Counted from the stretch's first letter, positions 38,101 through 52,039 are shown. The stretch is 64,000 nt of DNA from Cetorhinus maximus (GCF_964194155.1 NC_135891.1:67208001-67272000); one strand, 5' to 3'. Numbers and translations are program-made. Notes: generated by a model from the sequence alone, not told the origin.

Positions 38101-38289
38101 CTTGAGCCATTGTTACTGACATTACTGCTGTGGTTTTACCCTTCTGAATAAAACTGCTCAGTAAGAACACACTGCCAGCTCCCAATGCAGGGCTGGTGCA
38201 GTTAATGGGAACATGCAAATCAGCCTTAAAAATAAGCAAAAACTGACTAACAGCTGACATCTCAAGAATGCCCCTGTTTATGAATCTGT

Positions 38290-40760
38290 TACTTTTAAAA
38301 ATTCTTTAATGGGGCGAGGCCAGCCTTTTTATTGCGCATCCCTATTTGCCTTCGCAGGTGGTGGTGAGCCACTGCCTTGTACCGCTGCACCCATGTGGTG
38401 TAGGTACAGCCATAGTGCTGTTAGGGAGGGAGTTCCAGGATTTTGATCCAACAACAGTGAAGTAATGGTTATTATAGTTCCAAGACAGGATGGTTTGTGG
38501 CTTGGAGGAGAACTTGCTGTGGCAGTGTTCCCATGCATCTGCTGCCATTCTTTGGGTTTGAAAGGTGCTGTCGATGGAGCCTTGGTGACTTGCTGCACAT
38601 AATCTTGTAGCTGGTACACACTGCTGCCACTGTGTGTCGGTGATGGAGGGAGTGGCTATTGAAGGGGATGGATGGGATGCCAATCAAGTGGACGGCTTTG
38701 TCGTGGATGATATCACATAGCATCATAGTATCTTTACAGTGCAGAAGGAGGCCATTCAGCCCATCAAGTCTGCACTGGCTCTCTGAAAGAGCATTCCACC
38801 TAGTCCCACTCCCCTGCCTTATCCCCATAACCTTGCACATTCTCTCTTTTCAGGTAGCAATCCAATTCCCTTTTGAATATCTCCATCGAACCTGCCTCCT
38901 CCACCCTTTCAGGAAGTTTGTTCCAGACTCCAACCACCCTCTGGGTGAAAAAATTTTTCCTCACATCACATTTACTCCTTTTGCCAATTATTTTGAATCT
39001 GTGCCCTCTAGTTCTTGATGTCCTCTTGAGTGGGAACAGTTTCTCACTACTTACCCTATCCATAACCCTCAGGATCTTGAATACCTCTATCGAGTCTCCT
39101 CTCAGCCTTCTTTTCTCCAAGGAAAACAGTCCTTGGTGTCGAGCTTCTTGAGTGTTGTTGGAGCTGCATTCATCCACGCAAGTGGAGAGTATTCCATCAT
39201 GCTCCTGACTTGTGCCTTGTAGATGGTGGACAGGCTATGAGGAGTCAGGCAGTGAGTTACTCGCTGCAGAATTCCTAGCCTCTGACTTGTTATTGTAGCC
39301 ACAGTATTTATATGGCTAGTCCAGTTTCAATTTCTGGTCAATGGTAACCCCCAAAATGTTGATAGTGAGGGATTCAGTGACGGTAATGCCATTGAATGTC
39401 AAGAGGAGATGGTTGGATTCTCTCTTGTTGGAAATGGTCAGCCGAAGCCTGAAGACTGTCCAGGCCTTGCTGGATATGGGCACAGACTGCCTCAGTATCT
39501 GAGAAGTCACAAATGGTGCTGAACGTCATGCAGTCATCAGTGAACATCCACACTTTGATGTTATGATGGAGGGAAGGTCATTGATGAAGCAGTTAAAGAT
39601 GGTTGGGCCTAGGACACTACCCTGAAGAACTCCTGTAGTGATGCCTTGGAACTGAGATGATTGACCTCCAACAACCGTCTTCCTTTGTGTTAGATATGAC
39701 TCCAGCCAGCGAAAAGTTTTCCCCTTGATTCCCATTGATTCCAGCTTTGCTAGGCCACCTTGATGCCACGCTCAGTCACATGCTGCCTTTATGTCAAGGG
39801 CAGTCACTCTCACCTCATCTCTTGAGTTCAGCTCTTTTGTCCATGTTTGAACTGAGGCTGAAATGAGCTCAGGAGCTGAGTGGGCCTGGCAGAATGCAAA
39901 CTGCGCATCAGTGATTAGGCTGAGTAAGTGCCGCTTGATAGCACTGTCGACAACCCCTTCCATCACTTTACTAATGATGGAGAGTAGACTGATGGGGCTG
40001 TAATTGGCTGGGTTGGATTTGTCCTGCTTTTTGTGTACAGGACATACCTGGGCAATTTTCCACATTGCTGGGTGGATGCCAGTTTTGTAGCTGTACTGGA
40101 ACAGCTTCGCTAAGGGCGCAGCTAGCTCTGGAGCATATGTCTTCAATACTATTGCTAGAATGTTGTCACAGCCCATAGCCTTTGCAGAATCCAGTGCCTT
40201 CAGCTATTTCTTGATACCACATGGAATGAATCAATTGGTTGAAGACTGGCATCTGTGATGCTGCAGATCTCGAGGAGGCCGAGATGGATCATCCACTTGT
40301 CACTTCTGGCTGAAGGCTGTTGCAAATGCTTCAGCCTTATCTTTTGTACTAATGTACTGGGCTCCCCCATCTTTGAGGGTGGGGATATTTGTAGAGCCAC
40401 CTCCTCCTGTTAGTTGTCTAATTGTCCATCACCATTCATGACTGGATGTAGCAAGACTGCAGAGTTTAGATCTGATCCGTTGGTTGTGAGATTGCTTAGC
40501 TCTTGTCAGTTGCATGCTACTTTCACTGTTTGGCATGCAAGTAGTCCTGTGTTGTAGCTTCACCATAGGTATGCCGGATGCTGCTCCTAGCATGCCCTCC
40601 ATTCTTTGTTGAACCAGGGTTGATCCACCAGCATGATGGTAATGATATCCTGGGCCATGAGGTTACAGATTGGTTGTATACAATTCTGCTGCTACTGATG
40701 GCCCACAGCGCCTCATCGGTGCCCAGCTTTGAGTTGCTGGATCTGTTCGAAATCTGCGTG
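38290..40760 (-). mobile_element. LINE family B ORF2 (RT) and tail, interrupted by a CR1
   Basis: LKTYAPELAAPLAKLFQYSY, WKIAQVCPVHKKQDKSNPANY.PISLLS, ALDIKAA, QGSVLGPTIFNCFINDL. Confidence 0.9.
38710..39133 (-). mobile_element. Young CR1 3' fragment inserted in family B
   Basis: GLFSLEKRRLRGDSIEVFKI...RKNFFTQRVVGVWNKLP; nearly identical to 55271-55538. Confidence 0.9.
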
Positions 40761-43700
40761 CTTTGCATGTATTTTGCAAGCAGCCAGTTCTTGCAGTACA
40801 CAGGCTTTGTAACTGAAGTGGGAGTAACATTCCTTCACATATTGAAGAATGTAAAAGCAAAATACATGAAAGCCAATAGGGAAAATCCAAATTCTGAAGG
40901 CTCCAAATTAGTGATGTATACCTAGTGGGGTCAGGTCCTGCATTCCTAAGATCATTTTGAACTTCAGGTACTTCTGAAATGTCTTAAATAATGGATTTTT
41001 GATTTTTTTTATTGAAGAAGGTGAGGCAATTTCAACAGCCCAACCAGGTTATCACCTCCCAAAAGTGACTTAAATCACGCCTACATCCAAAGATCCCCTC
41101 CCAAGTTTATAAAGGTATTCCAAACCCCATGCTTTGATCCAGTAGCAGAGAGATACTGTACCACATCAAACCCTCTCTCTTCACTGAAATACAATCACCT
41201 CTTCCAACCCTGCGAGTTCAAACTCTTTCCACCTCGCATCAACCTGATACTCATCTCCCCTCTGATACAGTTCAAACAGGTACTCCTCTTCCAGCCTCCC
41301 ATTGAAACTTGAATATTTCTCCCCTCCCATTAATATTGATAATGTCTGTCTAATTCTCACTTTTACTGCTTCCATTAATCCTGACATTTCCATTCCTGCT
41401 CTGGCTAAAGTGTTGCTCCCATCCTTTTCCCTTCCCCGTTGCCTTTCATTGCTCCCCTGCTCTTTCTTCATTTACCACCCATTCTTTCATGAATGAATTG
41501 TACTTCCACTCCCTTCTCCTCTTGCCTCCATTTCCCCTTTCCACTCTGCTTCATTGCCATTTATTCCTCAATCCATTAACCCTTTCCTTCCTTTCATTAA
41601 CATTCATTGCCTCTTTCATTGGCCTCTTTCATTACCATCTATTTGACCTTCATCCATTTCCAACCCCTCTCCCACTCCTGCTGGAGTCCAGGTGCTAATG
41701 GGACAAACCATGTGCCTCCCTTCAATCACTTGTCCACTAAGCCACTTTCTACCGCGAATGGCAATGATTTTGCCAGCCGTAAGAGTGAGTTCATGTTCTC
41801 GCATGTTGCCATCTGCAGCAGAGACTGGCTGGGACCACCATCGTGACTGGTAGTGAGAGAGGGATCCCTGATCTAGTGCATCAACAGGGGAAACTGGCAT
41901 TGGGCAGGCCATTGAGAGGAATTGGGGCCCTGATAGGAGCAAGGGCGGGGAGGTGTAACAGTTCTTAACATAGTGTGATTAACGCTGAGTTTTTTTTAAA
42001 AATCAATAAATAGTGACAAATCACTGAAATACTGAAAATTAATGTGCAACTGGTTAATGCGAAACTAGCTTATTCTCATTTGATAACTACAATATGTTCA
42101 TTTATTAACTACAATAAGTAGGTTTGTTAGTTTACTTTCATATTTATCTTACAAATCAGCCTAGTATTAGGAAGGATGGAGAAATGCATATGCAGGCATG
42201 TGTGCGATTTCTGTACCTAGTTCACATAGCAAAGCAGTTTCTTTGTTATGACCCTAAATCTTGCCATTGAATGACAAGTCGTTGAGTAGTGGCCGATGTA
42301 GCCAAAGCATTTTTATAAAGCAGAGTGACAAACTTACTTACGTTGGGCACCTAAATCCACTCTGGAATTTGGAGAATGATGATACCAAGACACTAAAACT
42401 GGAGTTTCTCGACAGGATAGAATTTTATCCTGCCAGGCCCTGGTATAGAATGCGATGTGAAACCAGCTTAAAAAGTATCCCAGAGGGAACATTGTAATTC
42501 TGGTAAAGGAAGTCTGCCTTTGGAAGGAGCATCCCTTGAACCTGGAGAAAGATTGGAATGCGACCAATGGCGGCTTCAGTGTGTTATGCAGGCAATCAAC
42601 ATCTCTTAGAATAAATCAGGAATAAAAAAGTTAGTGTTATTAATGGTGACCATGACGATATCAGATTGTCATAAAAAATCCTTCTGGTTCACTAATGTCC
42701 TGTACCTGGTGTTGACTTGTTCTGGGCTATATGTGACTCCAGATCCACAGCAATGTGATTAACTCTTAACTGTGCTCTGAAGTGGCCAAACGGCTTCAAA
42801 AGGTACAATAACAATCAAACCAGACGTGGCACCTGGTATTGACTGAAGTGTTGGCTTTGGACATGACAAAGACACATCCTGCTCAGTCGACTCTGCAAAG
42901 TCCTCCATGTTAACATGTAGAGACTTGTGCCAAAATTGGAAGAGCTGGCCCACAGATTCGTCAAGCAACAGCCTGACATAATCATACTCAAAGAATCATA
43001 ACTTGCAGCCAACGTCTGAGGGCAGACCTACCACAGTGATATACTGCCCAGGGAAAATGTTACTGGCAATCCTCAACATTGACTCTGGACCCCATAAAAT
43101 CTCATGACATCAGGTCAAACATCGGCAAGGAAACCTCCTGCTGGTTTCCACCTACTGCCCTCCCCCATCTAATGAATCTGTATTGCTCCATGTTGAACAC
43201 TGCTTGGAAGAAGCACTGAGGATAGAAAGGGCACAAAGTGTACTGTGAGGAGGAATTTAATATCCCATTTCTAAGAAAGGCTCAGTAGCATCAGTACTTC
43301 TAAGCTGGCCAAGTCCTGAAGGGCATAGCTTCCAGATTGGGCTTGCAGAACGGTGGTGAGAACAAACATGAGGGAAAAATCCATTTGACAATACTTGTCA
43401 TAGATCCATCTGTCCATGCTAGTATTGATCAGAGCGACCAGCACTCAAACTTTGTGGCGACTAACCCTGGCTCAATGAGGACTTTGGGAGACCATGCCAA
43501 GAGCAGCACCAGGTGTACCTAAAAATGAGATACTAACCTGTGAAACCACAAAACATGACAGAGGTAAGTGATCCCAAAGTCAAAATTCTTCAGCCACATA
43601 GAGTCATGAATGTTGGCGGACATTTAAACAACTAATGAGCAGAGAAGCCTCCATGTATATACCCTTTCTCAATGATGGCGGAGTCCAGTACGAGTGCAAA

Positions 43701-44332
43701 AGACAAGGCTGAAATGTTTGCAGCCATGTTCAGCCAAAAGTGCCAAGTGGATGATCGATCTCGGTTTCCCACTAAGGTCGCTATCATCGCAGATGTCAGT
43801 CTTCTGCCAATTTAGTTCACTCAATGTGATGCCAAGAAATGACTGCATTGGACACAGGAAAGACTATGGGTATCCCAGCTGTACTGCTGAAAACTTGTGC
43901 TCCAGAACTAACTATGCTTCTAGCCAAGTTGTTCCAGTCCAGCTACAACATTGCCATCTGCATTGAGTGCGCAGATTGTGAAGCCAGGAGTTAGGTGAGT
44001 GAGGGGGTTCGGTGAAGAGGGGAACTATAAATTAATGAAGAAAAATAAATTTAAGTAACACAAAGATTGCAGGACAGGTGATGTGCCGCAGCTGCAGCAT
44101 GTGGGAGCTCCTCTGTGCCACCACAATCCATGACAACCATATCTGTAGTAAGTGTCTGCGGCTTGAGGCGCTCTGGCTCCGAGCTAATGAGCTGAAGGCT
44201 GAACTGCAGACATTGCGATACATCAGGGAGGGGGAAATTTACCTGTACACTTCTGCTCCAGAAGGCAATCTCACCCCTTAGGCTAGCATTGTCTGATTTT
44301 GTCAGTTGGCAGGGACAGGAGGATGTGATTGC

Positions 44333-44445
44333 GAATTCAAATTCCACCACCTGCCGTGGAGAGATTTGAACCCAGGTACTCAGAGCACTACCCTGGGTCT
44401 CTGGATTACTAGTCCAGTGACAATACCACTATGCCACTACCTCCC
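44333..44445 (-). mobile_element. tRNA-SINE head (same family as 24725-25085)
   Basis: Minus strand A box TGGCATAGTGG and B box GGTTCAAATC. Confidence 0.75.
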
Positions 44446-44674
44446 ACCGAATTAGAATGCATTAGTACTGTAGTAAGCGATGACTTCGTTCTAAAGATCA
44501 AGATGTAGCATCAGTATGGGTGGAACTAAGAAACAGCAAGAGGCAGAAAACATTGCTGGGAGTTGTTTAAACAGCAGGGGTAATGTAAATCACAGTATAA
44601 ACCAGGAAATTAGAAGCATGTGTAACAAAAGTAATACGGTAATCATGGGGCATTTCAAACTATATATGGATCGG

Positions 44675-45785
44675 GTTTTTTTAAAATTCATGCATGGGCT
44701 TTGCTGGCTGTGGGCCAGCATTTATTCCCCACCCCTAGTTGTCCTTGAGAAGGTGGTGGTGAGCTGCTGCTTTGACCCACTGCAGTCCATGTGGTGTAGG
44801 TACACCCATAGTGCTGTTAGGAAGGGAGTTCCAGGAGTTTGACCTAGTGACTGTGAAAGTACGGTGATATATTTACAAGTCAGGATGGTGAGTGATTTGG
44901 AGGGGAACTTCCAGGTGGTGGTGTTCCCATCTGTCTGCTTTACTTGTCCTTCTAGATGGTACTAGTTGTGGGTTTGGAAGGTGCTGTCTAAGGAGCCTTG
45001 GTAAATTACTGCAGTGTATCTTGTAGATGGTACACAATGCTGCTACTGTGCGTCGGCGGTGGAGAGAGTGAATGCTTGCGGATGTGGTGCCAATCAAGCA
45101 GGCTGCTTTGTCCTGGGTGGTGTCAAGCTTGAGTGTTGTGGGAGCTGCACTCATCCCGGCAAGTGGAGAGTATTCCATCACACTCCTGACTTGTGCCTTG
45201 TAGATGGTGGACAGGCTTTGGGGAGTCAGGAGGCAAGTTACTCGTCGTACAATTCCTAGCCTCTGACCTGCTGTTGTAGCCACAGTATTTATATGGCTAG
45301 TTCAGTTCCTGGTCAATGGTAACTCCCAGGATGTTGATAGTGGGGGATTCAGCAATGGTAATGCCATTGAACGTCAAGGGGCGATGGTTGGATTCTCTCT
45401 TGTTGGAGATGGTCATTGCCTGACACGTGTGCCATGAATGTTACTTGTCATTTGTTGGCCCAAGCCTGGATATTGTTGCATTTGGACATGGGCTGCTTCA
45501 GTATCTGAGGAGTTGAGAACGGTGCTGAACATTGTGCAATCATCAGCAAACATCCCCACTTCTGACCTTATGATGGAAGAAAGGTCATTGATAAAGTAGC
45601 TGAAGATGGTTGGGCTGAGGACACTACCTTGAAGAACCCCTGTAGTGATGTCCTGGAGCTGAGATGTCAGACCTCCACAATCACAACCATCTTTCTTTGT
45701 GCTAGGTATGGATCTAACCTGCAGAGAGTTTTCCCCAATTCCCATTGACTCCCGTTTTGCTAGGTCTCCTTGATGCCACACTCGG
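44675..45785 (-). mobile_element. LINE family B 3' fragment nested in the CR1
   Basis: GQRLGIVRRVTCLLTPQSLSTIYKAQVRSVMEYSPLA; MFADDCT. Confidence 0.9.
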
Positions 45786-47320
45786 TAAATCTAATTAGTA
45801 CTAATGTTGTGGAGGATGAATTCTTGGAATGTATGTGAGATAATTTTCTAGAGCAGTATGTTGAGGAACCAACTACGGAGTGCGCTATTTTAGACCTAGT
45901 ATTGTGCAATGAAAAGGGGCTAATTAATAATTTTGTTGTAAAGGAGCCTTTAGGAACGAATGACCATAATATGATAGAATTTTACATTAAGTTTGGAAAT
46001 AATGTAGTTCAATCAGAAGCTAGGTTCTTAAACCTAAACAAAGGAAACTATCAAGGTATGAAGGGCAAATTGATTATGGTGAATTGGGAAACTACCTTAG
46101 AAGGTATGACGGTAAATAGGTAATGGCTAGCATTTAAAGAACTAATACATAGTTTACAACAAAAATACATTCCTTTAATATATAAAAACCCAGCAATGAA
46201 AGTGTCCCAATTGTGGCTAACAAAAGAAATCAAGGATTGTATTAGATCTAAGGAAGAGGTGTAGCCTGAGGATTGGGAACATTTTAGAGTTCTGCAAAGG
46301 AGGGCAAAGAAGAAGATTAAGAAAGGAAAAATGGAATATAAGAGTAAACTAGCGAGAAACATAGAAGTGACTGTAAAAGCTTCCAAAGGTATGTAAAAAG
46401 GAAAAGATTAGCAAAAACAAATGTGGGTCCATTGCAAACAGGGTCAGGAGATTTTGTAATGGGGAATAAGGTAGTGGCAGAGAAACTAAACAATGTTTGT
46501 GTCTGCCTTCACGGAGGAAAATACCAAAACCTCCCAGAAATACTGGACAATTCAAGGGATTAGTGTAAACAAGAAACTGCAAGATATTAATATTAGTTTA
46601 AAAATAAATAGTACTAGAGAAATTAATGGGACTTAAAGTAGGTAAATCCCTTGGACCTGATGATCTATGTCCCAGAGTGTTGAAAGAGGTGGTTGAAGAG
46701 ATAGCAGATGCACTGGTGGTCATCTTTCAAAATTCTATACATTTTGGAATGGTTTCTACAGATTGAAAGGTGGCAAATGTAACCCCACTATTTAAGAAAG
46801 GAGGGAGAGAGTAAACGGGGAACTACAGATCTGTTAGCCTAACATCAGTTGTGGGGAAAGTGCTTGAATCTATAATAAATGATATGATAACAGGACACTT
46901 AAAAAATAATGGTAGAATTGGGCAGAGTCAACATGGGTTTATGAAAGGGAAAGCATGTTTCAATAGACTTGTTGGAGTTTTTTGAGGATGAAACTAGCAG
47001 AATAGATAAGGGGGAATCGGTGTATGTGGTATATTTAGATTTTCAAAAATCTTTTGATAAGGTTCCACACAAGTGGTTAGTAAACAAAGTTAGAGCACAT
47101 GGGATTGGGGGTATATGGATTGAGAACTGGTTAACGGACAAAAAACAGAGAGGAGGAATAAATTGGTCATTTTCAGGTTGGCAGGCTGTGACTAGTAGGG
47201 TACCGCAAGGGTAAGTGCTTGGACCCCAGCTATTCACAATCTATGTCGATGATTTGGATGTGGGGATTAAATGTAATATTTCCAAGTTTGCAGGTGACAT
47301 AAAATTAGGTGAAAATATGA

Positions 47321-47455
47321 AATAAAAACAGAAAATGCTGGAAAAACTCGGCAGGCCTGGCAGCATCTGTGGAGAGAGAAACAGAGTTAACGTTTTGAGT
47401 CTGTATGACTCTTCTTATTTCAGATTTCCTGCACCCACGGTATTTTGCTTTCATT
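47321..47455. mobile_element. Mini-Penelope insertion with inverted tail and a degenerate ~16-bp TSD
   Basis: ttaggtgaaaatatga (47305-47320) versus ttaggcggaagtgtga (47456-47471), differing by transitions only. Confidence 0.75.
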
Positions 47456-50400
47456 TTAGGCGGAAGTGTGAGTTGTGAGGAGGATGCAAAGATACTTCAA
47501 GTGGATTTGGAGATGCTAGGCGAGTGGACAAAAATTTGGCAGATGTAATACAATGTGGAGCAATGTGAGGTTATTCACTTCAGTAGAAAAAAACAAAAAT
47601 ACGAGCATTTCCTAATTGGTGAGAGGCTGCGATATGTTGAACTTCAAAGCGACTTGGATGTTCTTGTTCATGAGTCTCTGAAAGCTGGCATACAGATACA
47701 GCAAGCAATTCAGAAGGCAAATGGTACGTTAGCTTTTATTACAAGAGGATTTGACTATATAAGTAAAGATGTAATACTGCAATTATATAAAGCCTTGGTG
47801 AGACCACAACTTGGAGTATTGTGTGCAGCTTTGGCCTCCTTACTTATGGAAAGATATACTTGTCTTAGAGGGAGTGCAAAGAAGGTTCACCAACTTAATT
47901 CCTGGGATGGGGGGATTGTCCTACGAGGAAAGATTAAATAGACTGCGTCTTTATTTTTTCGAGTTTAGAAGAATGTCGGGTGATCTTATTCAAACATACA
48001 AAATTCTTACAGGACTTGACAGGGTAGATGCAGGAAGGATGGTTCCCCTGGCTGGAACAGTCTCCAAATAATGGGCAGGCCAAATACGACCGAGATGAGT
48101 AGGAATTTCTTCACTCAAGAAGCTGGTGAATCTTTGGAATTCTCTGCCCCAGAGGGCTGCAGAGGCTCAGTTGTTGAGTATGTTCAAGATTGAGATTGAT
48201 ATATTTCTACATATTAAAAACATCAAGGGATATGGGGATAGTGCAGGAAAATGGTGATGAAGTAAATCAGCCATGATCTCATTGAATGGCGGAGGGGGCT
48301 TGAAGCGCTGAACGGCCTACAGCCCCTATTTTTTATGCTCTTAGCTAACCAAAAAAGTGAAAAATTACCCAGCTCATGTCCTTTCCACCAAAAGCAGAAC
48401 AAGTGCAATCCACCCATTTACCACCCATCACAAACAATACTTACTCAGCAACAACCAGCCCACTGCTCAGTTTGAGTTCCCCCAGGACTGCTCAGCTCCA
48501 GACCCCCTTACAGCCTTATAGACAAAAGAGCTGAATTCCAGAGATGAGGTGAGAGTCACAGTCCTTGACATCAAGGCAGCATTTCACGGAGTGTGGCATC
48601 AAGGAACCCGAGTGAAATTAAATCATGGGAATCGGGTGGAACTTCTGCAGTGGCTGGAGCCATACCTAGCACAAAGTAAGGTGTTTGTGATTGTTGGAAG
48701 CGAGTCATCGCTGCAGGAGTTCGCCAGGGTAGTAAACAGGCCCAACCATCTTCAGCTGGTTCACCAATGACCATTATAACATCAGAAGTGGGGATGCTTG
48801 CTCGTGATTCCATGTTTGGTTCCATTTGCAATCTTTAAATAACAAAACAGTCTCTGGATACATAAAGCATGATTAGGACAATATGCAGACTTGGGCAGAT
48901 GAGTGGCAAATAACAATAGTGCTGCACAAGGCATTGACCATCCCCAACAAGAGAGAATTTAACCACCTGTTTGTAACATTCATTGTCATTACCATCATTG
49001 AATTCACCTACTGTCAGCATCTTGGGGATCACCATTTATCATATATTTAACTGGACCAACCACAAAATTACTGTGGCCTCAAGAACACAACAGAGGCTAG
49101 GTATTCTGTGGCAAGTACCTCATTTCCTGGCTCCCCAAAGCGTTTCCACAATCTACCAGGCACAAGTCCGATGTAATGGAATATTCTTTGCTTGCTTGGT
49201 CGAGTGCAGTTCCAACAACACTCTAATCTTGACGCAGTCCAGGACATAGTAGTCTGCTCGATAGGGACCTCATCCACCACCTTAAACATTCAGTCCCTCC
49301 ATCGGCACAGTGTGTACCATCTACAAGATGCACTTCAACTCTGCAAGGCTACTTTGAAAGTACCTCCTAAACGCAAACCCTACAACCCAGCAGGCACATG
49401 GGAACGCCACCATCTCCAGGTTCCCCTCCAGTTACACAGCATCCTGACTTGGATTTATATCACAGTTCCTTCATTGTTACCGTCTCAAAATCAAGACTTT
49501 TAATGGCACACAATCATGAGGTGTGAACAGCTGTTGGAGTGCCCAAAATAGTTGACATAGTTTAAGGAGCACCAGTATAATTGGCACCTATAGCAAATAA
49601 TTTGGGACAGTGTAAGTGTTGTGAACATATATATTCCTTTGCCTATTTACTTAAACCATGCCAGTTTAAGGCTTAAAATGGCAGTAGGAACATCTTCGGG
49701 CCAGTGGTACAAATTTCAACTTCTAATTAAATTGATCTTTTGTGATTGCTACATGTAAGTGTCTCTCGCTATTTGTCATTGTTTGCCTTCCCTCCCCCAT
49801 CTGTGCCTTTGCCTCAGGGATCAGTTAGGAGAATGTTTACAATTTCTTACTATCAATAAAATTCAGATGATGAGGTTTTGTTTGTTTTCAAAATTCAAAT
49901 TAAAAGTTCAAATGATTTTGAAGAATGAGGGAGCGTGTCTCAGTCAGCTCTCTCAAATGAGGGTATTTACATATCAAAACCAACAAAAGCTGCAAAAGGT
50001 GTGGAACCTGTACAGTCTGCCATGTTTTTAGCTCTCTCTCGCATATACAGAATCTCGTTGAAATTTGACCTCTACCTTTTCTTAGAAAATAGCCAAACAT
50101 AATTTATTAGAGATTGAGATATGTATCTCATTATTTGGCTAGCTCAAATGCAATTTCTGCATTTTGGGAAATTGTGCACTGCAGTTTAGACCACAGGATC
50201 TGCCTTCAATTTACAGAATTACCACACTGCGGAAAAAATTCCATTCTCAGGCAAGAATTTTGGAAGAGATTGTTCTCCAATCTTTAATGAAGATAATAAA
50301 CACGTAAGACAATTCAGTGGATGAGTTAAATCATATTGTGAAATATGTATTTTTTTTGTATCTACAACCTTACATGGATTAGAAAGTTGAGTCAATAAGA

Positions 50401-50784
50401 AAAAAAACAAGGAATTGCTTAACAGAAAGCTTTTTGAGTGACCTTGATTGGTTTACCAATGGAGTGCAATGGTGAAATTTTGAGATTTGATGAGATTTTG
50501 CCATTATAAATGCTTACATAGGAAGTTGATGTTGGCTGAAGTCTTCCATTCCCCAGGAGGCCATACCCCAGAGGTACCCGAGAAGAGGCGATGGGGGACA
50601 CCCTGGAAGTCCCCACACAAGGGCTGCACGGGAATTGCTTGGGAAGTTTAAACTCCGTTGAGAAATTACCCAATTTAAATCAGAGATTTCAAATGGTTCT
50701 GACTCTTTTAGCAGAATAATTAACTATCCAGGAAAATATAGAAATATTAAAACCACTTCTCACTCCTGGGTAACTGTACTAGTG

Positions 50785-51200
50785 ACCTGACACCCTGATT
50801 ACCCTCCCATCCCCATTGCCCCCCAATTACACCCCAACCCCAACTACCCTACTGATCCCCCGACTTCCCTGCGACTACCCACCCGATGTCCTGACTACCA
50901 CCCTGACTCCCCCAACTCCCAACTACCCTTCAGACTCCCCCAACAGCACCCCCCATCCTCTGACTACCACCCCCTCACCTCCCAACTGACCTGCTCCCCC
51001 ACCACCCCAGACCATTCCCTCAACCCCCTGAGCAACACCCCCGACTACCCACTTTCCCCCAACTACTCCCTCCACACTCCAACCCCCACATCCCTGATTA
51101 CACCCCACCCCAATTGCACCACCGACCCCACCCCCGACTACACCCCACCTGTCCTCTGACCATCCGACTCCCGCTCAACCCATCATACTTTACCTTACAC
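50785..51200. repeat. C-rich low-complexity tract of degenerate (cc)gactacc(c) units
   Basis: Strong C/A skew with many C3-C6 runs and a recurring gactaccc/aactaccc. Confidence 0.8.
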
Positions 51201-52039
51201 CGGCACATGCCTTACCTTATCTCCTCTCCTGTCAAATTGGCTCTTATCTCCTCTTCTGTCAAAGTGACTGGGATCTTTAAACTGGTTGATGGCAGCTTGT
51301 GCTATAAAAATGGGGTGTGGTTTCACTTCCCCCAGCGCTTGCTACTCTGGACAGAAAGGACTCCTGGAGCTGCTGGAAGTCTGGGTGAGAAAGCCCCAGA
51401 CTTGGGTATGTAAAAAAGGAGCCGAGTGGCAATCCAATGATGGTTGCCAATCCATGGAAGTTCTGGGCCAATGTCGAAGCGGCATTTGTGCCTGGAGGTA
51501 CATACCATGGAAAGACCTTTATTTAGTATATAGGTTTAAGAACAGTTTCAGGTTTAGGACCTTATTTGCTCAACCAGCCCTCCACTTTACCATTCACATC
51601 TACTAATTTAACAATTACTCAGCTAGAGTTCCTACTCTTGATTGCTGTACAAAAATGTAGTTATACTGAGGGCAAGATGGGGCTTGGCTGTTGTCTCTCT
51701 GGTAGCATATAGCCGAGGCTCACATTTGGGGTAGACCTAAAGGACAGCTCAGGAGGAACCAGGCACTTCAAGGTTGCTCCTTTAGGAAAGAAAGGGAGAG
51801 AATTGGTGAGGTAATGAAAGCATAATTTTTTTTGGTGATAATTTGGAAATTTTCAGTAAGGTTGTTGCAATAAAATGTTAAATGCTATCAGTCTATACCG
51901 TTAAAGTTAAAACTAAGCAAATTGATAATCTTTATCCGTATCTTCAATTATTTAATTATTTATCACAAAAATTTATAAAACACTTTCAGCAAAAACTAGA
52001 GTATTTTATCCAAATCAGGGCACTGCCTTTTAAGGGAGG

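Larger units (their letters stand above)
43965..48335 (+). mobile_element. Long CR1 LINE: ORF1 N-terminus, ORF2 and 3' UTR, internally deleted and interrupted
   Basis: ORF1 Zn-finger/leucine zipper CRSCSMWE...HICSKCLRLEALWLRANELKAELQTLR; ORF2 EPLGTNDHNMIEF, YLDFQKSFDKVPHK, LVRPQLEYCVQLW. Confidence 0.9.
42610..49500 (+). mobile_element. Near full-length LINE family B (SINE-like 5' region, APE, RT, tail), split by a long CR1
   Basis: APE start LVPKLEELAHRFVKQQPDIIILKES near 42925; LAKLFQ.SY at 43920-43950 continues as K.AQ..P..KKQ.K.NP at ~48360; tail ends near 49500. Confidence 0.8.

Noticed and set aside
41050-41700. Pyrimidine-rich tract as a distinct functional element
   Set aside because: It looks like heavily decayed L2-type sequence; no periodicity or motif that I can support.
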